Source of the DNA: a virus
IMG/VR virus record: IMGVR_UViG_3300020405_000002
Location: 4,735 to 68,734 of that record
Strand: one strand, 5' to 3'
DNA length: 64,000 bases
Positions 10,386 to 20,770 of the stretch are shown here, in pieces. Made by a program: the position numbers and the translations under genes. Every line of letters begins with the position of its first letter. Within the stretch, counting starts at the first letter, position 1. The notes beneath the pieces were generated by a model. The model saw nothing but the letters and a program-made list of their open reading frames with translations, was not told where the DNA came from and ran no database searches.

Positions 10386-10709
10386 TTAATTACTACTATA
10401 CATTGTTTCACTGTTTATTGCATATAACTCACAAAAATCAGTACTATCGTTTTGCATCTTTATAGTTGCTTGATAACCAAGCAGTCCACTACTATTAATC
10501 ACGTTATTTTTTGCAAACATAAAGTAATCACCAATAGAAGGTCTCTCTGCTTTTGCATCTATATCTACTATAAAGCTTAATCTGTCTTCAGCAACAGACA
10601 CACATGGACCTACAACTTTTAATTGTCCATTTTTTTCAAACATAATAATATCACCTTTCTGTAGTGATATATTTATTTCTTTTGCAAAATTTATTTCTAA
10701 GTTCGCCAT
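10386..10709 (-). CDS. Small tail-associated protein
   Basis: 107-aa ORF tightly coupled (1-nt gap) to the nozzle gene. Confidence 0.6.
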   Translation of the reverse strand: MANLEINFAKEINISLQKGDIIMFEKNGQLKVVGPCVSVAEDRLSFIVDIDAKAERPSIGDYFMFAKNNVINSSGLLGYQATIKMQNDSTDFCELYAINSETMYSSN

Positions 10710-10710
10710 G

Positions 10711-13700
10711 TTATTCGTTTATATTTAATTTTGTCATTTTACCAGTATAAGGCGTAGCCCATTGTGATGATACAACTGGTGCTATATCTCCTACACTAAT
10801 GCTATACATACTAGGATAATTACTATTTTCAGGAAAATCTGTATATGCCTGAAACTTTTCAAATTCCCTACGGTTTGTAACTCTATTGTATTTAAATATT
10901 GGTGTAGGTTGTTGTGCTTTCATACCGTATAATGCAAATGCTGTAAATACTTTTTGTGGTACACCTGTAATTTGATCTGTTTTAAAATACAAACCATTAG
11001 CAGTTATATTATTATAAACTTGTACTTTAAAATTTAAAATACCTCTACCAACATAATCTAATTGTACTTCAGCTTCCCATGTGTTTTTTGTAGTATCTGT
11101 TATTTTAAAACCTTCAATATGCATATTTTCAATAGCTTTTGTAGGTGGAACACCATTTGTATAATTAGTTGTAGTTACAATATTTAAAGTACCTGTATTA
11201 GCTAATGTTTTATTATCTGGTATTTGTAAAGGAGATTCATATCTCAAATCTACATATGTACCTGTAATTTTAATTTTTTGGTTAGCTAAAGATCTATCAG
11301 CTACTATACCAATTTTACTTGCATGCATAAATCCTCCTAATGAAGATACTAATTTTTGATTTCCATAAGCATAACTATATTTAACTTTTGGCCTATTAGG
11401 ATCTGGACATTCATCTTTTTTAAATGTTATTTTATTTGATTTATTTATATTACGATAATGCCCTTTTGCAAGATATGCAGGTTGTCCACTATAATCTACT
11501 GTTATAGGATCAGCTAATTTATTATAACCTTCTATACTAAAAGAATAATAATCTTCTACTTTATAACGTATGTTATTATCTTTATCTCTAAAAAACAATA
11601 GACTTCCATCTGTTAACTTTGTATCTGTAGAATACATTGTTATAGTTTGTATGTTTTTATCTATAGGTATACTACAAGGATGATTCCTATGTGCTATAGT
11701 GTTTCCAACTTTAACTTTATACTCTGTAAAATAATTTGGAAAATCATTATTTAAAGTAGCTACAAGGCTAGGCCTGTAAGTTATCCAGCTTCCAGGCGAA
11801 GTACCACCAAAGTTATATTTTATATTTATTGTTAATGTTTTACGATCAGAACTTAACTCAAATGGACCTGTTATACTTTTACTATTACCATATATATCTG
11901 TGTAACTACCCGCCGCAGCTTTACTTATATAACTACCTGAATCAGGAAAAGTAACATCAAATTTATTAGTATCTGTAATACTAGCATCCCACCAATACCA
12001 TAATACATCCGGTAATGTAAGTATATTTTGTATTAATCTATCTTGATTACTAGCATCCCTAACATGCCAATTACCAGTTCTATATCCATTAGAAGGTGCA
12101 TCAAAATTCACATTCCATCCTCCTGTTTCTACCACTCTATGATTTGGGAAATTAGTTATAGATGTAATATTATATTGAGCTGCTATAGTATCAATAACTG
12201 AAACAGCATGAGAGTGATTATGACTTATTGATACACTACTATTACCGTTTTTCTTTGTAAAACCGCTCTCTTTAAGCTGTGTAGGCATAGTTATCAAAAC
12301 ATGTGTTTTAACACCTGTTGTAGCTTGAAATAATTGTTCTACAGGTCTTATAGTAATAGTTTGATTACTTGAAGGCATTTTAAATGCAATGTTTTTAAAG
12401 CCTACAGATAACTCATTTGATGTACCACTTGTTCTTGCGCCAAACTGAACTCTATCTGTGTATGTAGATGTTACATCATTATTTGAACTATCATATAATT
12501 TAAATGGTTGCGTATTTGTAAATGTTGTTTTGGGCTCATAGTTTGATGCTGCATTTAAAGTAAAAAAGTAATTACGTGAAACACTATGTATTTTATTTGA
12601 TGGTGCTGTAATAGTATATGGTATTGAAGCACCTAAATAACCAACTGTGCTATAATTAGTTGTTGCAGTTCCTGAAGCTGTAGTATTACTGTATGCAAAA
12701 GTTAAAGTAACATTTTTTTGTATTATATTTTCTAAGTCTAAGAAAAAGCTTTCACTATTCGCTATATTATCAGATGTAATTTTACCTTCTATAGCTAATG
12801 TATCATTTGTAGCTGTAGTAATAACAAAATTAGAAAAAACTATATTAGTACCAGTTGTATTTGTAGAAAACTGTAAATCATTAAAAACCGGTGTTTTTAC
12901 AACGCTATAACCTGTACCATTAAGCGTTGTTGTTAATTTAAAATCAAAATTTGCTTTATCAGCTGCATAACCTGCAATTTCTACGTTTTTTAATGCAGAA
13001 GCAGCAGAGCTTAGTAACAAATTGTTTGGATTTATAATTAAGCTTATATATTGTAACGTACGTAATGGTCTAGATAAAGTATAAGTTTCTGAACCAAAGT
13101 TAGCATCAAATTCCGTATCTCCTTTTGTATTAATTTTTACAGTAAAATTTAAAGCGCTGTCACCTGCAGGAAAATCTAAATCTATATTTTCTATATCAGT
13201 ACCAAAAACTATAGTTTCTGTTTTAATTACTGAAGAAGCATCTGAAAATATTATTTCACATTCTGCACCTGCTTCACCAATTATTTGTAATATTCTGTTT
13301 TCACCATCATTACTGATAGCACTAGTATCAAGTTTACTAGATAATAATTTTGGTGGCGGTATATATATTTCTTGCGGATCTACAGTTAAAACATAGTTTT
13401 GATTACTTGTATCTACAGTTGGTATTGTAATACTTTCTATTACATCTACGCTACCATTATTATTAGTTAGTTTTAAAGTAATTAATGAATTATCAATACT
13501 TATATTTTGTTTTATTAATGTAAAACCAGAATCAGGCGATACTTTTCTTTGTTTTATTATTTGTTCAGTTCCAGGATCATTAGTAATTGTAAATGTACCA
13601 TTACCTACATCATCAGTAAAATTAAAACCTGTAATACTATAATTACCACTAACTGTAACAGGTTTTAGTAATATTTTACCTGTAAGCGTTATTATTATAG

Positions 13701-16700
13701 TTTGACCATTTACAGGGTTTAATGATTCTAAATATTTACCGCTAATTTTAACAATTACATCGTCATTATCATTATCAAAAGTTATTAAACTAGATGAGTG
13801 TGTAAATAGTGTTTTATTTATTAAATAAGAACTACCGGCTATTAATCTTATCTCTATATCATCTATACTTTTATCTTGTTTTATTTCTATATCGTTTTTT
13901 TGTTGCGATGACCAAGATGTACCATCTTCTACTTTTACATTAAATTTATCTATTGTTTTTGCACCTACTTGTACTATATAATCCGGCGCACCAGCTGCTA
14001 TAGATCTACCAATGCCTTGTGTAGAAAAGTTTTTATTGTCAAGTGTATTTATATTTTTACTTTCTTGTGTAATATTAGCAAAATATTTATTTTCTTTCTC
14101 TGTAAATGCAGTTTCATTACCAATTACTTGATCTGTTCTCAATGTTTTAGCTACCCAACCATTTGTACCTTCATAACCTAAAGTTTTAAACTTTTTAATT
14201 ACGGAAGGATTATCATTTATAACTAACTCTACAAACGAAGGATATTGTACATCATAAAAATTATTAAATAAAGAATTATTACTATAATGTTGCCATAATT
14301 CTCCAAGTCTATACGTGTAATATACGTTATTTAAATAAACACTGTTCTCTGGTATAAACGAAAGCCTTGATACCCAACCATTTGTGTCTTCAGAAAAACA
14401 TATTGTATCTTGATCATCAAAAGAGATATTATAAAGACCATTTCTAGGATCATAACTACCTCTAAATAAACCACTACTAAATAATCTGTTACGGAAAAAA
14501 CTACCCATAAAATTACTTGATATAGGTGTTAATCCATTTTTAGATAATCTTAATATACTACCTCTTTTTCTATCAGCAAAATAACATCTAAAACCATGTG
14601 CTGCAAAAGATTCTGGATTATTGCTTATTCCGTAATCACCATTGTATTCTATAGGATCGCCCAGTACTCTTGAGTCTGATATTAAATTAGAACTACCATC
14701 TGCATTGTACAAAGCAGATTTACTAGCTAATACTCTCAAAGTTTTATCTTCACACAAAACAACTAAAGAATCATCCCAAGCGTGTAACTTTTGTATACTA
14801 CCATAAATAGGTAAAAAGTCTTTAGTTATAGGATTAGCCATGTTAAATTCATTTGTTTTATTAACACCGCTTCTTGAATTTATAATACCACTAAATATAA
14901 GGCCATTAAACTTGTGTTCTTCTAAAAATGGTTGATCTAATACTGTAGAAGCTTTTACACCATTATCTATAAAAACAGCATTAAAATCATCACGTATCCT
15001 ATTTGATTCTACACCATTATTAAATGATATTGCGTTGTACCAATTAAGATCAAGCTCTGTGTTGTGTTTATCAATATCTATAATATCTGATGCCTCAAAA
15101 TATATATTTAATTCTGTTTTACTTTCTAAAGGTTCTGTTTCAAATATAGCTGGATCTTTTACAATAGTTTGTTCATCATCTATTTCTTGTAAAATTTCCA
15201 TTTGTATTTCTTCTTCCCATGTGTCATCACCTCTTGTACAAACTGTTTCATCTAATGGTTTAAAATTACCATCTTCATCAATAAATCTAAAACTTATTCT
15301 TTTATAATCTCTTCTGTTAGTACCACCAAAACCTCTTCTAAAATCTTCTACTAATACTTGGCCTATTTCATATATTGTATCATGATGTAAAGTATTGTCT
15401 TGGTTAGTAAACCTTACGAAATTACCTACTTTTGCAATTTTTGCTAATTTTTCAACTTTACTATTCATAAAGCGAGTAGCTGCTTCTAATGTAATATTAT
15501 ACTCTAAAGAACCAACAACAATTCTTTCACCAGTTTCTGGTGTATTACCGGGTACTTTTGAACCACCAAAACCTACAACAAAATGGTTTCTAGGATCTTC
15601 ATCATGTTTACCTGCAGCGTTTGTTTTACCTCTGTTAGCATTTTCGTATGTATTAGGATTTTTTCTTCCTGTACCTTCTGGCTCGTTTTCGCTATACACA
15701 CCTATTAAATTGTTTGACGCTTTTGCTAAATACTCAATACCACCTACAGTTTGTTTAATAATAGATTCTATTAAAGCTGTATTAGTTTTTATTTTTACAA
15801 AAAATCTACCATCAAATTCTTTATCACCAGCAGCGCTAAACTCCTCATGTATTGTTACATTAACACCAAAGTTAGTACCTGCATCTCCTAAATTGCCAGT
15901 GCTTTTATTATAAATAATATGTACATCTTCTTGAAATGGATCTTCAAAATCTATTTTAATTTCATTATCACCAGAAGGATGTTGTGAAAGTCTTTTTATT
16001 TTATATAACTTTGACTCTTTTCCTAAATATTCAAAAGATATATATCTACCAGCTTTTACTTCTTTAGCATCATCTAAAGGAACACCATCACTGCTACCGT
16101 TTATTTGTTTTATTTGTATACTAGCAAAGTCTTTTACTGGTGCATTGTTTTCTGCGTTTGATTTATTAGTTATAGTAGCACCACCACCAGAACCACTATA
16201 ATCATCTGTAAAAACAACATCTGCAAAAGAAACTACAGCTTTTTTTCTAGCTGTTATAAATTCAGGTGGTTCTGCTGATATATCTATTATTTTATATCTA
16301 TTATTTTCGAAAGTACATGGTTGATTATCACCATGGTTTTTCTTTAACAATAAATAATGTTCTTCTGTAACTTTATTTCTTTCACCTGACGGAAAACTTA
16401 TATAACTAAAACCATTTTCCTCATCATTGTATATTCTATCAGCCGCAAGATTATAATATTCACCTGAAGTTTCTTTTATAAAATACCTATAATGTGTTGC
16501 CCAAGCAGGTGGTTCATTGTTTAAATTTACACATATTCTATTATTATTTATAGATTCATTTTTTGGTACAAATAAAGCGCCTGTTTCGTTTGATAATACA
16601 GGTGTTTGCCTATTATAATCATCGCTATACACAACCCCAAGCTGATAATTTCTATTTGATTTTATAGTTGTTTTTAAATTACTAGCATATGGCTTGTATT

Positions 16701-18306
16701 TTACATCAAACTCAGGATCTTTATATATATCATAGTTTTGTGTATAATTTCCATATATTATTCTATTACCTGTAACCTCTTGCGCTTTGGCTTTTTTTGG
16801 TACATTATCCCATTGTCTTAACAGCTGTGTGTTTTCTATAATACTGTGTATTTGCTCTTTGTTAATAACAAAAACATTATTAAAATCTTTTGTTTTTTTA
16901 GTTACTAAATTATATACATTATTATTTCTTGTTTCTTTAAATAAAATATCTATTTCAACAACTTCATCAGAACCTAAATCAAAATCACTTAATTCTATAT
17001 TACGTGTTTGATTTACCATACCATAATTAAACGCCTCTTTACCATCATATCTAAAATATTCTAAAAACGGATAAAAAGCTACTTGTGTAAATGGAGAAAA
17101 TACAGAGTATTCACCATTTTTATATTTCCATCTATAAGCAAATCTTACAAAAGTAAGCTCATATATAGGATCTTTTTCTATTAACGTAACAATGTATTTA
17201 AGACTACCTTTAATTGGATCTTCTGTAGTAATATTATTTATTATTATATCTACTTGTCTTGCATCTACAGGGCCATATATTAAATCAATAGTACCTTCAA
17301 TTATTGTTTCTTCTTCTTCTGCAACAAACTTTAATAAATCCCCTTTTTTCCAATTAGGTTGTCCTGTAACATTAGTTAGTGTTATTTTATCTCCTGCAGA
17401 TTTATTTTCAAAATCTATATCTAAACTTGCACTCGTATTACCACCAAGGTTAGTATTTTTTATAACCATTGTAGGTGCTTTTTTTGGCGCCTTTTTTATA
17501 ACACTTACATCATCTTCCGTAATAGCTCTGCCATTTATTTGTGTTTGGTTACCTACAATTTTATAATTACTAAACTCACTTATATTAATACGTCTAGGTT
17601 GATTTAAATTATCTGTCCAAAATAATAAACCATCTATAATATTGATACCTGTAACTAAATTATTTTTTGAAAAATTTAAAAAACCTTTTGTAGTATATGT
17701 AAAGGTTATATCTACAGAGCTGTAATCTTTATTGTTATATGTTATATTTTTAAATATATATTCACCATCTTCTTTTAATATAACTGTATTTTTTGGTATT
17801 GATAATTTTATTTCTGGCTGTGTTACAGACAAATCAAAATTATTTTCTACTAATGTCTGGCCATCGTCATTTTGGTTTATAGTATTACCTATAACTTGCT
17901 CTAAAACAGGATCATACGTTAAAATTAATTCACCTTCTTTTGATTGTTTTATACCTAAATCTTTTATAACATCAATGTTTGTTTCTTTTTCATCTAACAA
18001 TATAGGTTTAACTTCTTTTGTTATTTCATCAAACTCATATATTGCATCTATTAAATCAGATGTTACAAGCCAAAAAAGTTTATTGTTTTTTGTATCAGCA
18101 ATACTACCTATTGTTTTAGCATTAATTAAGTTTATATCAGATAATTTTTCATTACCTAATATATTTTCAATAGCACCAACATCTGAACCTTCTGATGCAG
18201 AAACTTGTATATTAAGAGCGTCTATATATTCACCATTAGGTACAAGTCTATCATCAAGGTCTTTATTCATGCGGCCTTGTGTAAATGTATGCTTGATTTC
18301 CGCCAT
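10711..18306 (-). CDS. Tail stabilisation/nozzle (muzzle) protein, crAss-like, with long C-terminal extension (2531 aa)
   Basis: N-terminus MAEIKHTFTQGRMNKDLDDRLVPNGEYIDALN; motifs LFWTDNLNQPRRIN, RFAYRWKY, NGVESNRIRDDFN and YGISNNPESF, typical of this tail protein family. Confidence 0.75.
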   Translation of the reverse strand: MAEIKHTFTQGRMNKDLDDRLVPNGEYIDALNIQVSASEGSDVGAIENILGNEKLSDINLINAKTIGSIADTKNNKLFWLVTSDLIDAIYEFDEITKEVKPILLDEKETNIDVIKDLGIKQSKEGELILTYDPVLEQVIGNTINQNDDGQTLVENNFDLSVTQPEIKLSIPKNTVILKEDGEYIFKNITYNNKDYSSVDITFTYTTKGFLNFSKNNLVTGINIIDGLLFWTDNLNQPRRINISEFSNYKIVGNQTQINGRAITEDDVSVIKKAPKKAPTMVIKNTNLGGNTSASLDIDFENKSAGDKITLTNVTGQPNWKKGDLLKFVAEEEETIIEGTIDLIYGPVDARQVDIIINNITTEDPIKGSLKYIVTLIEKDPIYELTFVRFAYRWKYKNGEYSVFSPFTQVAFYPFLEYFRYDGKEAFNYGMVNQTRNIELSDFDLGSDEVVEIDILFKETRNNNVYNLVTKKTKDFNNVFVINKEQIHSIIENTQLLRQWDNVPKKAKAQEVTGNRIIYGNYTQNYDIYKDPEFDVKYKPYASNLKTTIKSNRNYQLGVVYSDDYNRQTPVLSNETGALFVPKNESINNNRICVNLNNEPPAWATHYRYFIKETSGEYYNLAADRIYNDEENGFSYISFPSGERNKVTEEHYLLLKKNHGDNQPCTFENNRYKIIDISAEPPEFITARKKAVVSFADVVFTDDYSGSGGGATITNKSNAENNAPVKDFASIQIKQINGSSDGVPLDDAKEVKAGRYISFEYLGKESKLYKIKRLSQHPSGDNEIKIDFEDPFQEDVHIIYNKSTGNLGDAGTNFGVNVTIHEEFSAAGDKEFDGRFFVKIKTNTALIESIIKQTVGGIEYLAKASNNLIGVYSENEPEGTGRKNPNTYENANRGKTNAAGKHDEDPRNHFVVGFGGSKVPGNTPETGERIVVGSLEYNITLEAATRFMNSKVEKLAKIAKVGNFVRFTNQDNTLHHDTIYEIGQVLVEDFRRGFGGTNRRDYKRISFRFIDEDGNFKPLDETVCTRGDDTWEEEIQMEILQEIDDEQTIVKDPAIFETEPLESKTELNIYFEASDIIDIDKHNTELDLNWYNAISFNNGVESNRIRDDFNAVFIDNGVKASTVLDQPFLEEHKFNGLIFSGIINSRSGVNKTNEFNMANPITKDFLPIYGSIQKLHAWDDSLVVLCEDKTLRVLASKSALYNADGSSNLISDSRVLGDPIEYNGDYGISNNPESFAAHGFRCYFADRKRGSILRLSKNGLTPISSNFMGSFFRNRLFSSGLFRGSYDPRNGLYNISFDDQDTICFSEDTNGWVSRLSFIPENSVYLNNVYYTYRLGELWQHYSNNSLFNNFYDVQYPSFVELVINDNPSVIKKFKTLGYEGTNGWVAKTLRTDQVIGNETAFTEKENKYFANITQESKNINTLDNKNFSTQGIGRSIAAGAPDYIVQVGAKTIDKFNVKVEDGTSWSSQQKNDIEIKQDKSIDDIEIRLIAGSSYLINKTLFTHSSSLITFDNDNDDVIVKISGKYLESLNPVNGQTIIITLTGKILLKPVTVSGNYSITGFNFTDDVGNGTFTITNDPGTEQIIKQRKVSPDSGFTLIKQNISIDNSLITLKLTNNNGSVDVIESITIPTVDTSNQNYVLTVDPQEIYIPPPKLLSSKLDTSAISNDGENRILQIIGEAGAECEIIFSDASSVIKTETIVFGTDIENIDLDFPAGDSALNFTVKINTKGDTEFDANFGSETYTLSRPLRTLQYISLIINPNNLLLSSAASALKNVEIAGYAADKANFDFKLTTTLNGTGYSVVKTPVFNDLQFSTNTTGTNIVFSNFVITTATNDTLAIEGKITSDNIANSESFFLDLENIIQKNVTLTFAYSNTTASGTATTNYSTVGYLGASIPYTITAPSNKIHSVSRNYFFTLNAASNYEPKTTFTNTQPFKLYDSSNNDVTSTYTDRVQFGARTSGTSNELSVGFKNIAFKMPSSNQTITIRPVEQLFQATTGVKTHVLITMPTQLKESGFTKKNGNSSVSISHNHSHAVSVIDTIAAQYNITSITNFPNHRVVETGGWNVNFDAPSNGYRTGNWHVRDASNQDRLIQNILTLPDVLWYWWDASITDTNKFDVTFPDSGSYISKAAAGSYTDIYGNSKSITGPFELSSDRKTLTINIKYNFGGTSPGSWITYRPSLVATLNNDFPNYFTEYKVKVGNTIAHRNHPCSIPIDKNIQTITMYSTDTKLTDGSLLFFRDKDNNIRYKVEDYYSFSIEGYNKLADPITVDYSGQPAYLAKGHYRNINKSNKITFKKDECPDPNRPKVKYSYAYGNQKLVSSLGGFMHASKIGIVADRSLANQKIKITGTYVDLRYESPLQIPDNKTLANTGTLNIVTTTNYTNGVPPTKAIENMHIEGFKITDTTKNTWEAEVQLDYVGRGILNFKVQVYNNITANGLYFKTDQITGVPQKVFTAFALYGMKAQQPTPIFKYNRVTNRREFEKFQAYTDFPENSNYPSMYSISVGDIAPVVSSQWATPYTGKMTKLNINE

Positions 18307-19196
18307 TAGTGTTTAATTTGTTTAGATTTACCTCGCATTGTTTGAGTAAGATCTTCTATATTAATATTTGCAAGTCTTAGTTTTGCAGATCGCATTGCTG
18401 CTTTTTTTTCTTTTTTTAATCTATTTATTTGGTACTCAGGTATATTAGCTTTAGCTGACATAATTGCAAGAGCAATAGACTTATACATTGCTTCTTCTGC
18501 AAACTTATGTACTTTCATATCTTCATCTACATTAAGTCCATCAGAAACATATTTTAAAATTATTATTTTTTCTTTTACACCATTGCTAAATGAAATCACT
18601 CCTCGTGATTGATCTATTATAAATAAATCATTTTTATTAGCGTCTTGTGGACTTAAACCATACCTTTTTCCATAATCTACATTATAACCGTAACCTTCTT
18701 CTAAAAAAGTTATATCAGTAGAGTCTCGATCTTCATATCCTGTACTTTGATTTTTGAATCTTTTTGAAGCTTCAGATTCTTTACCTATAAGTACATTACC
18801 TTTGTCATCATATAAATAATTATAATCTTTATCCTGTAAATATGGAACAGGCCCGGTTGTATTTCTGCTAGGTTTTAATGGTCTTTCTATACCGTTATCA
18901 TCTAAACAAGTAACTCTAACATAACTAACAAAGTCATGTGGTAAAGGTATAGATAAAGATGGTGGTATTTCTACCTCTATAGATTTAATATTGTCTATTG
19001 TATCAAAACTTAGCTCTTGTAAAGTCCTTTGTGCATGATATGATACCTCTGTCCTTTTAGCTGATTTTATAATTTTATCATCACCAACATATGATACTAA
19101 AAAATTACTAATTATATCATCAATTGTTGTAAATTGATAATAACCTTGGTTTTTACTATTATAATATTCTTTTGGTGTGTATTGTGCTAAAGCCAT
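18306..19196 (-). CDS. Tail ring/tubular (adaptor) protein
   Basis: LPHDFVSYVRV motif; position between capsid and nozzle genes. Confidence 0.65.
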   Translation of the reverse strand: MALAQYTPKEYYNSKNQGYYQFTTIDDIISNFLVSYVGDDKIIKSAKRTEVSYHAQRTLQELSFDTIDNIKSIEVEIPPSLSIPLPHDFVSYVRVTCLDDNGIERPLKPSRNTTGPVPYLQDKDYNYLYDDKGNVLIGKESEASKRFKNQSTGYEDRDSTDITFLEEGYGYNVDYGKRYGLSPQDANKNDLFIIDQSRGVISFSNGVKEKIIILKYVSDGLNVDEDMKVHKFAEEAMYKSIALAIMSAKANIPEYQINRLKKEKKAAMRSAKLRLANINIEDLTQTMRGKSKQIKH

Positions 19197-19199
19197 GTG

Positions 19200-19880
19200 T
19201 TAAGATTTTTCTTTTTGTACTTTTAAAGTATCTTTTTGTTCTGCAACTTGACTAACATCAGGTTGTTTTATAACCAAACCAGCATAACTAAGTATTTTAT
19301 ATACTATTGTAGTTTCATCAGATTCATGTATTTCATAATCAGTTGCTGATGTAGAATCATATTTTGCAATATCATTTATTTCTACATATCCCCATGTAAC
19401 CGCGCTAGGTTTTTTAATATAAGTACAGTTCAATGAATCAATAGATGTAGGATAAACTGTAAGTTCATTACCATTTCTTATATAAACAGGTTTTTTAAGA
19501 TCAGGCTTTGTCAATCTTGATGCATTTATATGTAAAAAATCATTTTGGTCAATAGGATCAACTTCTAATGTATTGTCATAATACACAGTTCCTAATCTGT
19601 ATAAGTTTGTAGGTAATGCAAAAACAGAATTTGCTTTTGTAAGTGAAGCTGTAGTTCTAAAAAGATTAATTTTCTCTTTTATATTATTTACTATGTTAGC
19701 ATATTCGTTTGTAATTTCACCTGCTCTGTTAAATTGGCTTACATCATAAAAATACTGTTCAAACACTTCTAATTGTGCTTGGTTAGCCAATAAGTTATAC
19801 TCTTGAGGTGTCATATATCCTCTGTTTTCTTTATTGAGTATAGCTTGTACTCTTTGATAAACTGTATCTACGCTAATCAT
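19200..19880 (-). CDS. Tail ring/head-tail adaptor protein
   Basis: ILNKENRGYMTPQEYNLLANQAQ and LPTNLY..YIKKP, typical of crAss-related ring proteins. Confidence 0.65.
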   Translation of the reverse strand: MISVDTVYQRVQAILNKENRGYMTPQEYNLLANQAQLEVFEQYFYDVSQFNRAGEITNEYANIVNNIKEKINLFRTTASLTKANSVFALPTNLYRLGTVYYDNTLEVDPIDQNDFLHINASRLTKPDLKKPVYIRNGNELTVYPTSIDSLNCTYIKKPSAVTWGYVEINDIAKYDSTSATDYEIHESDETTIVYKILSYAGLVIKQPDVSQVAEQKDTLKVQKEKS

Positions 19881-19893
19881 ATTATTTATTTAT

Positions 19894-19932
19894 TATAGTA
19901 ATAAAGGCCACCTAAGTGACCTTTACACTATA
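19894..19932 (-). terminator. Stem-loop (weak terminator or stability hairpin)
   Basis: Minus strand AAAGGTCAC-TTAG-GTGGCCTTT, with an outer TATAGT/ACTATA helix. Confidence 0.5.
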
Positions 19933-19938
19933 GATGGT

Positions 19939-20697
19939 TTATTTTAATTTTTTTTGTATTGATTTATAAACCTGTACACCTTCGTCAGTTTTCAAAAATG
20001 CTGCAAATGCAGTATAAGGATTTTCTTCAAAAGGTACTGACATTAACTTTTTGTTATTACTAGCCCAATGAAAAGACTTTTGATCTCCGGCTAAATTTAT
20101 AACTCCAGCTTCTGTAGCTTTTATTGCAAAATTTCTAAGTTGCACATTATCATCTTCAACAAGTTCTACAAATAAAAATGGATCTTTTTTAGCAAATAAT
20201 AATATATCCCTTTTTATTTCTGAAGAAGTCATTTTAGATACACTAGAACCTTGTTCTACTCTTAATACAGCTTCAGCGTGATCTATATCTAATTCTTTAG
20301 CTAAATTTAAAGCAGCAATCTCTGCATTTAAATCATGTAGTTCATCTTTTGCTTCTGCAACATTATCTACTTCATAATAAGTTTTATCTTTTTGTGGATG
20401 ATATAAACTTAATAACTTTTGTAATGCTTGATCAGATTTAGGAACAAACAATGATCCATTTTTAAAAACAATATGTTTTAATGTAGAAAAACCTGTTTGT
20501 TCATCTCTGAAAGGAGAGTTTTGGTTACTTGCGTAACGTAATTCTCTACTTTGACCCTTTTCTTCGTCCCACCACATCAAAGGGTTTCTACTATGGTGTT
20601 TTGATGCAAGCGTAAATGTGATAGGTTCTTTACCGCTTTTCAAAACATAAGTTCTGTCTTTAAACTCCCAAGAAGGAGTATTTAATTTTTTTGTCAT
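19939..20697 (-). CDS. Conserved phage protein downstream of the major capsid gene
   Basis: 252-aa ORF with ELRYASNQNSPF motif; synteny. Confidence 0.65.
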   Translation of the reverse strand: MTKKLNTPSWEFKDRTYVLKSGKEPITFTLASKHHSRNPLMWWDEEKGQSRELRYASNQNSPFRDEQTGFSTLKHIVFKNGSLFVPKSDQALQKLLSLYHPQKDKTYYEVDNVAEAKDELHDLNAEIAALNLAKELDIDHAEAVLRVEQGSSVSKMTSSEIKRDILLFAKKDPFLFVELVEDDNVQLRNFAIKATEAGVINLAGDQKSFHWASNNKKLMSVPFEENPYTAFAAFLKTDEGVQVYKSIQKKLK

Positions 20698-20719
20698 AAT
20701 ATGATATAATAAGATTAAT

Positions 20720-20762
20720 AAAAATGAGTAAAAAGGCGCCCATACAGACGCCTTATACTCAT
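20720..20762 (-). terminator. Intrinsic terminator after the major capsid gene
   Basis: Minus strand AAGGCGTCT-GTAT-GGGCGCCTT-TTT, with an outer ATGAGTA/TACTCAT helix. Confidence 0.75.
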
Positions 20763-20770
20763 GTTAAAAA